A DNA stretch of 64,000 bases, taken from NCBI GenBank assembly GCA_964537035.1, contig CAZIAK010000008.1, forward strand, positions 624 to 64,623, written 5' to 3'. Made by a program: the position numbers and the translations under genes. This DNA comes from an uncultured Phycisphaerales bacterium (GTDB lineage: Bacteria > Planctomycetota > B15-G4). Positions 1 to 9,676 of the stretch are shown one piece after another. Under the pieces are notes generated by a model. That model saw only the letters and a list, made by a program, of their open reading frames with translations. It was not told the DNA's origin and made no database searches. How positions within the stretch are numbered: the first letter of the stretch is position 1; every line of letters begins with the position of its first letter.

Positions 1-135
1 CATCACCGCACAGCCCGGTCGGTCGTCGCCGTCCACCGCTGCGAAGAGACCCTCGAGGACATCCGCTGCGTCCTGACCTGAGGCTTGGGGAGCCGTCGCG
101 GCGAGCAGCAGCACCGGGAGCAGGTGACGGATCAT
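1..135 (-). CDS. N-terminal fragment of a secreted serine hydrolase (beta-lactamase/PBP-like), running off the left edge
   Basis: Not in the ORF track. The minus strand from ATG 135 (alternative 159) reads MIRHLLPVLLLAATAPQASGQDAADVLEGLFAAVDGDDRPGCAVM: a signal peptide plus the 'LFA..D...PG.AV' opening typical of class C beta-lactamase-like hydrolases. Confidence 0.55.
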   Translation of the reverse strand, partial: MIRHLLPVLLLAATAPQASGQDAADVLEGLFAAVDGDDRPGCAVM

Positions 136-281
136 GGCAGAGCTGGCGATCAGCGACATGGCGACTCCGAGGGGCGTGAGGCGGGTGGAGGTTTCGAGGC
201 TCGCCCTACCCTAGCAGCTGCAACGCAGCCACCGTCGTCATCCGAGGCCATTCCGGACATGCCTCTCGGGTGAGACGGACG

Positions 282-1205
282 TCAGTCTTGCGCCAGCTCA
301 TGCTCGACCAACACCCGCAGCTGAGACCGCACTGAGTCCGCCAACCACTTGTGCGCGGGATCGTCCGGCGGCAAGAACCCGAGCTCGTCGTGGTACCGCA
401 GCACCTCGTGGAGGACGTTGGAGCGACGCATGGCCAAGAACTCGTCCCGGGACAGATCCAGCGGTCCGAGAAAGGCGTCGATGATCGGAGCATGGAACGG
501 GCCGGGCGCCTGATCCAACAGACGATCGCAGCTGAACACAGGGTGGCCAATCACGACGTCGGCCCAGTCGAACAGGAGCGGGCCGCGATCGCTGACGTGG
601 ATGTTGCAGCAGCCAGAATCCTGGGGCACGAGCGTGGCGGGACCGGCGAACCCATCGATGAAGCGGGAGATCCACCCCGGCACCAGCTCCTGGCATTGGC
701 GAAGAACAACGGGCTCCATGGCGCGCACCACGGGGCTCTCCATCAATGACTCCACCGTGGCTTTCCACACCGGCGGGCGCCGATCGCGCACACCCAGCGC
801 GAGCCAGTCCCCCACATGCGCTCGCTCGCCTGCCGCGATCTCAGCGATGGCTGCGGCCGCAGAGAGCCAATGGTCGAGAGGGTCAGACGGGCTCAACTCA
901 CGACCCTCGAACGCCTCCGTGATCACGGCACCGGGCCAACTCGCCACGACCGCTGGCAGCCTGTGGGCCCAGCGCTCAGAGAGGGCATGGAGCACCCGCT
1001 CCTCACCGGGGGGCAGCCCGTAGCCGTGCTTGATCCACACCTCGCCCTCCTCGGTTGGGGCGTTCGTGACCCAGGAGCGCCCGGACGATCTCTCGACTCT
1101 CAATGTCCCTGTGCGCGGGCGCCCGACCCTGGCGAGTGCCTCGTCGATGCGCGCCGTGGCTTGACGTTGCCAGGCGGGGTCGGTCCATGGGGAGATCGTT
1201 GTCAT
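282..1205 (-). CDS. Aminoglycoside-phosphotransferase/choline-kinase-like phosphotransferase
   Basis: VWIK lysine, Brenner-like LVPQDSGCCNIHV (catalytic D and N kept) and LFDWAD metal-binding motif. Confidence 0.65.
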   Translation of the reverse strand: MTTISPWTDPAWQRQATARIDEALARVGRPRTGTLRVERSSGRSWVTNAPTEEGEVWIKHGYGLPPGEERVLHALSERWAHRLPAVVASWPGAVITEAFEGRELSPSDPLDHWLSAAAAIAEIAAGERAHVGDWLALGVRDRRPPVWKATVESLMESPVVRAMEPVVLRQCQELVPGWISRFIDGFAGPATLVPQDSGCCNIHVSDRGPLLFDWADVVIGHPVFSCDRLLDQAPGPFHAPIIDAFLGPLDLSRDEFLAMRRSNVLHEVLRYHDELGFLPPDDPAHKWLADSVRSQLRVLVEHELAQD

Positions 1206-1379
1206 GGGCCCATTCGATCACATTCAGCGCACACGAGTTGCGCTCTTCGCGTCTTGATCCGCTGAGCCATCTCACAACCTCCATCTCTCAGCCAGTGATA
1301 CACTCCCTCCCCACAAGAGGCAGAGGGTTCGTGATCTTCATGGACATCTGCCGTTGCGCCATCACCTCGGATTTACATC

Positions 1380-3293
1380 ATGCCGCGCCTGAACACCCTC
1401 GTCGCCTCACTCTCGTTTCTCTGCGCTGTCTCCGGACCGGCTGCCGCCCAGCAGTTCACCCGGGACGCCGCCGCCCTATCCTCCCCCGCGACCTGGACCA
1501 ACGGCGTGGCGGTGGGCGACTACGACGGCGACGGTGACCCGGACATCGCCTTCGCCAACGGGCTCGACTACGGCCCGGGGGGCGCCCTGCCCCAGCGGCT
1601 GTACCTGAACGACGGGGCGGGCAACTTCAGCGACGCCTCTGGCCAGCTCAACGTGGCCAACTTCAACGCCCAGATGGTCATCGCCGATGACGCGGACAAC
1701 GACGGCGACCTCGACCTGATCTACGCCCCCGCCGGCGCGTTTCCCAACACGACCCAGCGGGCGCGCATCCTGATCAACGACGGCAGCGGAGTGTTCGCCG
1801 ACGAGAGCGGTCCGCGCATGCCCATGACCACCATGTCGTCCTGGTCGGTGGTGGCCGCCGACCTCGACAACGACGGCGACCGCGACCTGGTCATGAACGA
1901 CGGCTGCCTCACCTTCTCCGGACAAGCTGCCCAGTCATTCCTCTTCGAGAATGACGGCACGGGACACTACACCGACATCACCGCTACCCACGCGCCGGTC
2001 GAGATCTACAACTGCCAGGACATGATCGCCTTCGACTACGACGGCGACTTCGACCTGGACATCGCCTTCAGCGGCTTCGGCTCTGCGGGCAAGCGCTCAA
2101 GCCTCTGGCTCAACGACGGCACCGGTCACTTCACCGTGGACAGCACCCTCGACGTGCTCTGCACCTCACAGAGCTACGAGGTGGACTGGTCAGACCTCGA
2201 CGGTGACGGCGACTGGGACGCCGCGGTGCAATCCATCGCCGGCGGCAGCGTCGAAGGCTGGGGCCAGAACCGCGGCCTCGGCGTGCCCCCACCGGAGACC
2301 ACCTTCTCGGGAGCCAACGGCAACGACGACAACGAGATGTGCTCCATGGACTACGACATGGACGGCGACATGGACGTGTTCGTGGGCTCGCTCAGCGCCA
2401 ACCGCGAAAAGGTCTACCAGCAGGGCGCCACGGGCGTCTTCAGCCGGGTCAACATCTTCCAGCAGATCAGCGACAGCACCCTCGACATGACCTTCTCCGA
2501 CTTCGACGGCGACGGACGGCACGACGTGGTCACCGCCCAGGGCGAGTCCGGCGTGCAGATCAACAAGATCTACGAAAACAACGGCCCCATCGACACCCTC
2601 GCTCCCCGAATGCTGCAGGTCGAAGCGCCCCTCGCCGTGACGGCGGGCGGTCAGGTCTTTCGCGTCATGGTCCAAGACGATTGGGTGGATGACGGCCTCA
2701 CCAACGCCTCCGTGAGCTACACCTGGGAGACCTTCGTCGGCGGCGCCTCTGAGGCCACCGGCAACGGCGACGCCTTCTTCATGGGCGGCGCCATGTCCCG
2801 GGTTGTCGTGGCCACAACGGCGATGACCGAAGGCGTGAGCCTGACCTGGTCCGCGATCGACGACGTGGGCAACAGCGCAGACCCGGTCACCATCGTGGTG
2901 GGCGATATCGGAGCCGACGTGTGGGCTGACCTGGGCCTGGGACTGGCCGGCACAGGTGGCGTGACGCCCATGCTGACGGGCACCGGCCCCCTCACCGGCG
3001 GCTCTGCAAACCAGGTCGATCTCACCGGCGCGCTGCCCGGCAGCAGCACCAATCTAGTGATCGGACTGACCCGCATCGACGCCCCCTTCAAGGGCGGCGT
3101 TCTCGTGCCCGACATCGACCTGATCGTCTTCGGCCTGCCCGTGGACGGCAGCGGCGCCTCGTCCCTGCCCTTCGTCTGGCCCATGGGTGTTCCGGGCGGC
3201 CTCAACATGTTCTTGCAGCACTGGGTCGCCGACCCGGTCGGGCCCGTGGGCTTCGCCGCCAGCAACGGTCTGCGAGCGACCACGCAGGACTGA
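1380..3293 (+). CDS. Secreted FG-GAP/VCBS 7-repeat beta-propeller, Ig-like domain and conserved C-terminal domain
   Basis: Signal peptide ending PAAA|Q; seven DxDxDGDxD repeats; C-terminal W..LG..LAG...PFKGGVLVP...QHW...ASNG domain. Confidence 0.9.
   Translation: MPRLNTLVASLSFLCAVSGPAAAQQFTRDAAALSSPATWTNGVAVGDYDGDGDPDIAFANGLDYGPGGALPQRLYLNDGAGNFSDASGQLNVANFNAQMVIADDADNDGDLDLIYAPAGAFPNTTQRARILINDGSGVFADESGPRMPMTTMSSWSVVAADLDNDGDRDLVMNDGCLTFSGQAAQSFLFENDGTGHYTDITATHAPVEIYNCQDMIAFDYDGDFDLDIAFSGFGSAGKRSSLWLNDGTGHFTVDSTLDVLCTSQSYEVDWSDLDGDGDWDAAVQSIAGGSVEGWGQNRGLGVPPPETTFSGANGNDDNEMCSMDYDMDGDMDVFVGSLSANREKVYQQGATGVFSRVNIFQQISDSTLDMTFSDFDGDGRHDVVTAQGESGVQINKIYENNGPIDTLAPRMLQVEAPLAVTAGGQVFRVMVQDDWVDDGLTNASVSYTWETFVGGASEATGNGDAFFMGGAMSRVVVATTAMTEGVSLTWSAIDDVGNSADPVTIVVGDIGADVWADLGLGLAGTGGVTPMLTGTGPLTGGSANQVDLTGALPGSSTNLVIGLTRIDAPFKGGVLVPDIDLIVFGLPVDGSGASSLPFVWPMGVPGGLNMFLQHWVADPVGPVGFAASNGLRATTQD
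2922..3293 (+). other. Shared C-terminal domain, copy A
   Basis: WADLGLGLAGTGG...APFKGGVLVPDID...WPMGVPGG...QHWVADP...ASNGLRATT. Confidence 0.9.
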
Positions 3294-3440
3294 GTGCTCT
3301 GCCGCTGGCCGATGGGGCGACCTCTGCGACTGGCGGCGCGAACCCACGCCCCTCTCAGGCGATCGTGTCACAGCTGAGCCAGGGGTGTGTCGCCAACGCA
3401 GTCGCATGCAGTCAGCCGAACCCCCGCTCGCAAATAGCCT

Positions 3441-4940
3441 ATGCTGCCCGCAGACCAGCAATGGGAGATACGGCACGTGGCCGAGGGAAACAGCAGCACA
3501 CACCAGCGGACACGGCGACATCTGGCCAGTTTGGCCATGGCCGGTTTCCTCGCCGCCACGCCATTCTCCGCTGTACGGGCCCTGCAGCAGCAGCTCCCTC
3601 CCCCGCCTCCCCCTCCCGCTGCCGAAGAAGACCAACCCTCAGCAGAAGAGATCGCTCGGGCCCAGAAGCTGTTTGCCGCCTTCCGTGCGAAACTGAAGGC
3701 CTCCCTCCCCGACGCAGCATCCGACGGCACCAAGACGCTCGAGAAGCTGGTTCGGGACATCCACAAGGAACGCCAGCGCATCATCAAGCGCAAATACCCC
3801 GAGCGGTCCCTGCGCGCCCAATCCCAGAAGAAGAAGGACCTGACAGGCTTGGCCGAAATGCAGGCCGCTGCCATGGGCGTCCGGGCCGAGTTGGGCCTGA
3901 TCTGGCTCGCGGCCCACCAAGGGCCCAGTGGAGGCTGGTCGGCCAACGGCTTCGACGATCTCTGCGGCTTGCTCAACCCGGGTACCTCCTGCTCGGGCCG
4001 AGGGCACGTTGTGCACGACGTAGGGGTCAGCGGCCTGGCCCTGCTGGCCTTCGTGCGCGCCAACAAGTCGTCCCCATCGGCGCGCTGGGCCGAGACGATC
4101 AGCCGTGGGCGTGACTACCTGCTCGACAACCAGAGGCTGCTGGGCTCACTGGCCGGCATGGAAGCCAACGCCCAGACCTACGACCACTTCGTGGCTCTGC
4201 TCGCGCTCGCAGAGTTGTTCCCAGACGACGACGACCCGCGGCTGAAACCGGCCATCGCTTCTGCAGTGCGCTTCGCCAAGAGATTGCAGACGCCAGGTGC
4301 AGGGTGGCGCTACGTCCATCGCAAGAGCAAGGACATGCTGGCCTTCCCGAGCGACGTGTCGGTCACCGGTTGGGCCATTCAAGCCTTCGTCGCGCTTGAG
4401 AGCGGAGGACTGCCCACCGAACACAAGGCCATCGCGGACGGGCTGAGGTACATCGACTCCATGACCGACGCGGACGGCAGGACCGGATACTACGAGCGCG
4501 GAGCGCTGTCCTCTCGCCTCGAAGGGTTGGACACTCGCTGGCCGAGTGCAGACACCGAAGCCATGACTGCGGTGGCCGTTCTGTCACGGGCCTTGGGCGA
4601 CCCCACCGGCCGGACCGATAGAAACCCCGAGCTGCAAGACAACGCCATCGCGTTTCTCAGCGACTCTCCACCATGGTTCGCCACGGAGCCCCCCGAGAAC
4701 GGGGCCGTCGACTACTACTACTGGTACCACGGCACCCGAGCCCTGGCCTGGGCTGGTGGTGAGCGGTGGTGGCGCTGGCTTGATGCCCTGCAGCAGGCTG
4801 CACAGGCCCACGGCCTGGAGGCCCAAGACGAGCTGGGTTCCTGGGGGCCGTCCCACGATCCGTGGGGCCTTCTCGGTGGACGTGTCTACTCCACCGCGAT
4901 CATGACCCTGGCAGCGATCGCTGCAGCTCAAGCCGACTAG
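3441..4940 (+). CDS. Prenyltransferase/squalene-oxidase-repeat (terpene cyclase/mutase-like) protein
   Basis: QW-type repeats WLAAHQGPSGGWS and LQTPGAGWRY, plus SDVSVTGW, DYYYWYHGT and GGRVYSTA; poly-Pro linker. No DxDD motif. Start uncertain. Confidence 0.8.
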   Translation: MLPADQQWEIRHVAEGNSSTHQRTRRHLASLAMAGFLAATPFSAVRALQQQLPPPPPPPAAEEDQPSAEEIARAQKLFAAFRAKLKASLPDAASDGTKTLEKLVRDIHKERQRIIKRKYPERSLRAQSQKKKDLTGLAEMQAAAMGVRAELGLIWLAAHQGPSGGWSANGFDDLCGLLNPGTSCSGRGHVVHDVGVSGLALLAFVRANKSSPSARWAETISRGRDYLLDNQRLLGSLAGMEANAQTYDHFVALLALAELFPDDDDPRLKPAIASAVRFAKRLQTPGAGWRYVHRKSKDMLAFPSDVSVTGWAIQAFVALESGGLPTEHKAIADGLRYIDSMTDADGRTGYYERGALSSRLEGLDTRWPSADTEAMTAVAVLSRALGDPTGRTDRNPELQDNAIAFLSDSPPWFATEPPENGAVDYYYWYHGTRALAWAGGERWWRWLDALQQAAQAHGLEAQDELGSWGPSHDPWGLLGGRVYSTAIMTLAAIAAAQAD

Positions 4941-5107
4941 TCTGCTCTCAGCTGAGCACCGGGCGACCTCGTCTTCCGGACCGGCGGGTCATGAAATCAG
5001 CCCGCACATCCCGAGCGAGAACCTGCAGGTCAGTGTGATCGATCAGTCGATGCCCCGAGTTTCCCAGACGGCGGTATGGTCGTAGGGACCTCCGGGAGAG
5101 ACCTGCC

Positions 5108-6751
5108 ATGCGTCGCCTCGTCATCAGCAGCTTGCTCGCCGTCTGCAGCCCTTGCCTGTTCGGCCAGACGGCTATGGAGATCTTCGATGTGAATGGCGGG
5201 TCGGGCGATCGCCTGGGATGGGCAGCGGCCCACGCAGGCCTGGTCGACGGCGACCTCGTGCCCGACATGATCGTGGGGGCTCCCCGCGCCGACGTGAATG
5301 GCACCAGCTCGGGGAGCGCCCACGTGATCTCCGGCGCCACGGGCCTGGTCATTCACAGCGTGCACGGAGGCGCCACCAGCGACCAGCTCGGACAGGCGGT
5401 GGCTACCGTGGGCGACATCGACGGCGACGGCCGAGCTGAGTTTCTCGTGGGCGCGCCGTTCGCAGATGGAGTGGGCAGCAACTCCGGCGAAGCGCGACTC
5501 TACGACGGAGCCACCGGCGGGCTGCTCATGGTCTTTCCCGGCGATGCAACCATCGACGAGTTCGGCAGCTCGGTGGGCCCCGCGGGCGACGTGGACGGCG
5601 ACACGATCCCGGACTTTCTCGTGGGCGCGCCCCAGGACGCGGGCAGCAACGGCAACGGCTATGTGCGCATCTTCTCGGGCGCCACGCTCGCTGTGATCCG
5701 TACCCTCGTGGGCCCCAACCCTGGCTCCGGCTTCGGCATTTCTGTGGACAGCCTGGGCGATCTCGACGGTGACGGGCAGGCAGAAGTCCTGGTGGGCGCC
5801 TACCTCGACGGACCTGCGGGGACCCTGCGCGGAAGGGCCTATGTCTTCGCCGGCATCGATGGTTCGCAGAGGCACATGTTCGAAGGTCAGGCCAGCTTCG
5901 ACTGGCTCGGCTGGTCGGTCTCGGCGGTGGGCGATGTCACCGGTGACGGCCTCACGGACATCGGCCTGGGCGCCTACGGCGACGATACGTTGGCCGACGC
6001 AGGGGGACGCCTCTACGTGCACTCGAGCGCGGACTGGTCGTTGCTGTTCACCGTAGAGGGAGACCTGGACAACGAGAACCTGGGCTGGGACCTGGACGGC
6101 ACCGACGACATCGATGGCGACGGCAAGGGCGACGTGATCGTGGGCGCGCCCTTCGGCAACGCGGGCCGGGCCCTGGTCGTCTCCGGGGTGGACGGGACCG
6201 TGATTCACGAGTTGGTGGGCAACAACAGCAATGACATCTTCGGCCGCTCGGTCCTCGGGCTGCGGGGAGACGCCAACGGGGACGGTCACGGCGACGTGGC
6301 TGTGGGCGCCGCACTCGACGACGACAACGGCACGAGCTCCGGACGCCTGGTGCTCGTCTCAGGCTTCCAGCCATGGACCAACCTGGGAGACGCTCTCGCC
6401 GGCACCGGCGGCATGGCCCCACTGCTCTTGGGCTCCGGGCTCCTGACCGGTGGCGACATCACCAGCCTGCAACTCAGCAACGCCCTGCCCGGCGCGACCA
6501 CGAACATCATCCTCGGCCTCAGCGCGGTGCACGTCCCCTTCAAGGGCGGCGTGCTCGTACCCGCGCCAGACTTCATTCTGGTCGGGCTGCTGGGCCTGCC
6601 CGTCGACGGCAGCGGCCAGCATCAGTTCGACTTCGCCTGGCCCCCTGGCCTGCCCTCGGGGCTGATCATGGTGCTGCAGCATTGGGTCAGCGATCCCGGC
6701 GGCCCGTTGAACTGGGCGGCGTCGAACGGCCTGCAGGGCACCACACCGTGA
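5108..6751 (+). CDS. Secreted integrin-alpha-type FG-GAP 7-repeat protein with conserved C-terminal domain
   Basis: Signal peptide ending CLFG|Q; seven G-W/S...GDxDGDG..D..VGAP repeats; shared C-terminal domain. Confidence 0.9.
   Translation: MRRLVISSLLAVCSPCLFGQTAMEIFDVNGGSGDRLGWAAAHAGLVDGDLVPDMIVGAPRADVNGTSSGSAHVISGATGLVIHSVHGGATSDQLGQAVATVGDIDGDGRAEFLVGAPFADGVGSNSGEARLYDGATGGLLMVFPGDATIDEFGSSVGPAGDVDGDTIPDFLVGAPQDAGSNGNGYVRIFSGATLAVIRTLVGPNPGSGFGISVDSLGDLDGDGQAEVLVGAYLDGPAGTLRGRAYVFAGIDGSQRHMFEGQASFDWLGWSVSAVGDVTGDGLTDIGLGAYGDDTLADAGGRLYVHSSADWSLLFTVEGDLDNENLGWDLDGTDDIDGDGKGDVIVGAPFGNAGRALVVSGVDGTVIHELVGNNSNDIFGRSVLGLRGDANGDGHGDVAVGAALDDDNGTSSGRLVLVSGFQPWTNLGDALAGTGGMAPLLLGSGLLTGGDITSLQLSNALPGATTNIILGLSAVHVPFKGGVLVPAPDFILVGLLGLPVDGSGQHQFDFAWPPGLPSGLIMVLQHWVSDPGGPLNWAASNGLQGTTP
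6374..6751 (+). other. Shared C-terminal domain, copy B
   Basis: WTNLGDALAGTGG...VPFKGGVLVPAPD...WPPGLPSG...QHWVSDP...ASNGLQGTTP. Confidence 0.9.
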
Positions 6752-9543
6752 CGAGCTCGGGCCTGATCCTCAGCATCACGGCCCTACTGCTGACGCCCGC
6801 ACAAGGGCCAGAACTGGCCGCACAGCTGGTCGCCGATTTCACGGCCACTCCCAGCACAGGTCCTGTGGTGTTGACCGTGGCCTTCAGCGATACAACGACC
6901 GGAGGCACTCCACTGCTCTGGGCCTGGGACTTTGGCGACGGAGGAACTTCGACCAAGAAGAACCCCAACCACTCATACCTGAGTCCCGGAAGCTACACGG
7001 TCTCGCTCTCGGTTTCGGGAGGCGTCGGCCAGTTCGACAGCGAGACCAAGGTCGACTTCGTCACGGTGACCGCACCAGCCCTGGTGGTCGACTTCAGCGC
7101 GACGCCGCTGCAGGGCGTCAACCCGTTGCAGGTCTCCTTCAGCGATGACTCCACCGGCGCGACAGGCACGGCCTGGGTCTGGGACTTCGGCGACGGGACC
7201 ACTTCCAACCTGCAACACCCCGACCACACCTACATGGCCCCCGGGTCTTACGACGTGAGTCTCGCCGTGTCCCTTCCGGGCCAGACCGGTTCCTTGCTTC
7301 AACAAGACTTCATCACGGTCATGTCGGCGCCCATCGTCGTGGACTTCACCGCCCGTCCCACTCAGGGAGTGAACCCACTCGCGGTGAGTTTCAACGACAC
7401 GTCCACGGGAGCCACGATCACCTCATGGCTCTGGAACTTCGGCGATGGAGCGACCTCGACCCAGCAGAACCCCACCCACGTCTACACTGCGCCAGGCACC
7501 CACTCAGTGCAGCTCCAGACCTCTGTCGGGCAGCAGCTCAACTCGATCACCAAGAGCGATCTGATCACTGTCGAGCCCAGCCCCCTCGCGCCTGATTTCG
7601 CAGCCACGCCCACCATGGGCATGAACCCGGTGACCGTCTCCTTCACGGATACCACCACGGGCACGACTCCCACAGCCTGGTCCTGGAACTTTGGTGACGG
7701 GAGCAGCTCGACCCAACAGAATCCCGTCCACATCTACACAGCTCCTGGCAGCCACGACGTGACGCTCACCGCTTTCGTTGGCCAGCAGAACGCTTCGGTG
7801 ACCCAACTCGACCTGATCACGGTGCAGCCCGCGCCCTTGGTGGTCGACTTCGACGTGTCGCCTGCTCAAGGTGTCAGCCCCTTGCTGGTCTCGTTCTTCG
7901 ACGCCTCTACAGGCACGCCGGGGACTGCGTGGCTCTGGGACTTCGGCGACGGGAGCACCTCCCAAGGCCCTGACCCGACACACCTCTACAACGTCGCCGA
8001 CACGACGAGCTTCACCGTGTCTCTCACCGTCTTCGTCGGGCAGCAGAGTGACACGCTCGTCTTGGCGGAGGCGATCACCGTGCAACAAGGGCCCTTCGGC
8101 CCGGCCCAGGTCATCACGGCGGCGGCTGATGGCACCGAGACCACGCACGCAGCTGATCTCGATGGCGACGGGGACATCGACGTGTTCGCCGCCTCTGGCA
8201 TGGAGTTCAAGGGCGGCGCCACCATCGGCCGGATCGAGTGGTACCCCAACATGGACGGGCTGGGGACCTTCGGCGCACCCCGCCCCGTCACAGCGGCAGG
8301 AGATCTCCCAGAGTCCCTCGATGCGGCAGACGTCGACGGCGACGGAGACTTGGACATCCTCTTCGCGTCGGAGCTCAAGCTCGCCTGGTATGAGAACACC
8401 AGCGGAGCCGGGGCCTTCACCCAGCGGCTCATCACAACAGCAGGCGACTTCCGGTCGATCGACGCCGTCGATCTCGATGGCGACGGAGACGCAGACGCCC
8501 TCTACGCTTCGTCGTTCGTTGATACCGTGGCCTGGTTCGAGAATCGTGACGGGCTGGGAAGTTTCTCCGTACAGCACGGCATCACCACAGAGGCAGCTTT
8601 CCCCCGGGCTGTCCGCGGCGCCGATCTGGATGGGGACGGAGACTTCGACGTGCTGACGGCTTCAAGCAACGACAGCACGGTGGCCTGGTTCGAGAACACC
8701 AACGGACAAGGGCTCTTCGGCTCGAAGCAGTTCGTCTCGACGAGCACCAGCTTCGCCAACTCGGTCGACGCGGCAGACCTCGATGGAGACGGCGATCTGG
8801 ACGCCCTGGCTTCTGGAACGGGCCAGGCACAGATCGCGTGGCACGAGAACACCGACGGACTCGGCAGTTTCGGCCCCGGACAGGTCGTCACAACAGAAGT
8901 CGTCTCTGCCAGCCATATTCATGCAGTCGACCTGGACGGCGATGGCGACGTCGACGTTCTCTCCAGCTCCTACGGAGACGACACGATCGCCTGGTACGAG
9001 AACACATACGGGCTTGGTGGCTTTGGCCCGGAGAACCTCATCACCACAGCCGCCAACGGCGCCAACCAGGTCTTCGCAGCGGATCTCGATGGCGACGGCG
9101 ACGCCGACGTGATCTCCGCGGCCGACTTTGGAGACAACGTGGCCTGGTATGCGAACACGCTGGCCTCCCCCGCCTGGCCCTTCCTGGGCGATGGCCTGGC
9201 GGGCAGCAACGGCCTCCCCGTGCTCGAGGGTGACGGCGTGCTCGCCCCCACTAGCGTGGTCACGCTGACCCTCTCCAACGCGCTGCCCAGCAGCGCAACA
9301 GCCCTGGTCATCGGCCTCACCAGCCTCGGCGCCTCGTTCAAGGGTGGCGTGCTCGTGCCCACCCCTGACCTGGTCATCCCTGGCCTGCCAGTAGACCCCG
9401 GCGGCGGTCTCGTACTCAGCGGAGTCTGGCCCGGCGGGATCCCCGGCGGCGTGACGATCTGGTTCCAGCACTGGATCAACGACCTGACCGCCCCCCAAGG
9501 CCTGTCAGCCAGCAACGGGCTGTCGGGCACCACGACACGCTAG
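6748..9543 (+). CDS. Secreted protein: 5 PKD domains, 7 FG-GAP repeats and conserved C-terminal domain
   Basis: GTG 6748 overlaps the upstream TGA (GTGA) and opens a signal peptide; five W(D/N)FGDG PKD units; seven DLDGDGD repeats; shared C-terminal domain. Confidence 0.9.
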   Translation: MTSSGLILSITALLLTPAQGPELAAQLVADFTATPSTGPVVLTVAFSDTTTGGTPLLWAWDFGDGGTSTKKNPNHSYLSPGSYTVSLSVSGGVGQFDSETKVDFVTVTAPALVVDFSATPLQGVNPLQVSFSDDSTGATGTAWVWDFGDGTTSNLQHPDHTYMAPGSYDVSLAVSLPGQTGSLLQQDFITVMSAPIVVDFTARPTQGVNPLAVSFNDTSTGATITSWLWNFGDGATSTQQNPTHVYTAPGTHSVQLQTSVGQQLNSITKSDLITVEPSPLAPDFAATPTMGMNPVTVSFTDTTTGTTPTAWSWNFGDGSSSTQQNPVHIYTAPGSHDVTLTAFVGQQNASVTQLDLITVQPAPLVVDFDVSPAQGVSPLLVSFFDASTGTPGTAWLWDFGDGSTSQGPDPTHLYNVADTTSFTVSLTVFVGQQSDTLVLAEAITVQQGPFGPAQVITAAADGTETTHAADLDGDGDIDVFAASGMEFKGGATIGRIEWYPNMDGLGTFGAPRPVTAAGDLPESLDAADVDGDGDLDILFASELKLAWYENTSGAGAFTQRLITTAGDFRSIDAVDLDGDGDADALYASSFVDTVAWFENRDGLGSFSVQHGITTEAAFPRAVRGADLDGDGDFDVLTASSNDSTVAWFENTNGQGLFGSKQFVSTSTSFANSVDAADLDGDGDLDALASGTGQAQIAWHENTDGLGSFGPGQVVTTEVVSASHIHAVDLDGDGDVDVLSSSYGDDTIAWYENTYGLGGFGPENLITTAANGANQVFAADLDGDGDADVISAADFGDNVAWYANTLASPAWPFLGDGLAGSNGLPVLEGDGVLAPTSVVTLTLSNALPSSATALVIGLTSLGASFKGGVLVPTPDLVIPGLPVDPGGGLVLSGVWPGGIPGGVTIWFQHWINDLTAPQGLSASNGLSGTTTR
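9175..9543 (+). other. Shared C-terminal domain, copy C
   Basis: WPFLGDGLAGSNG...SFKGGVLVPTPD...WPGGIPGG...QHWIND...ASNGLSGTTT. Confidence 0.9.
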
Positions 9544-9588
9544 GACCGGTCCGCGGGCGAATCCACGCCAGGTGCCACGTTCTTTTCA

Positions 9589-9613
9589 GTAACGCTGCGG
9601 TGTGCCTGCTGAT
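9589..9613 (+). promoter_or_regulatory. Candidate ECF-sigma promoter GTAAC-N14-GCTGAT
   Basis: Same bipartite motif, same spacer and near-identical distance to the start codon (63 nt) as the motif at 17703-17727. Confidence 0.5.
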
Positions 9614-9676
9614 GTGAAGAGGGGCCGCCCCCTACCCGGGCGGCGAACCACCACTCCTCCGCCCCGGTGACTCATC

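Noticed and set aside
3441-4940. Squalene-hopene cyclase
   Set aside because: Single barrel, no DxDD protonation motif, and it has an export-like N-terminus.
6373-6747. 125-aa N-terminal extension of the PKD protein in the ORF track
   Set aside because: It overlaps the preceding gene in another frame; GTG 6748 gives a proper signal peptide and a GTGA coupling.
6820-8090. DNA-level tandem repeats in the PKD region
   Set aside because: Fully explained by five protein-domain repeats with synonymous divergence; no evidence of a diversity-generating template/variable repeat pair or a reverse transcriptase.
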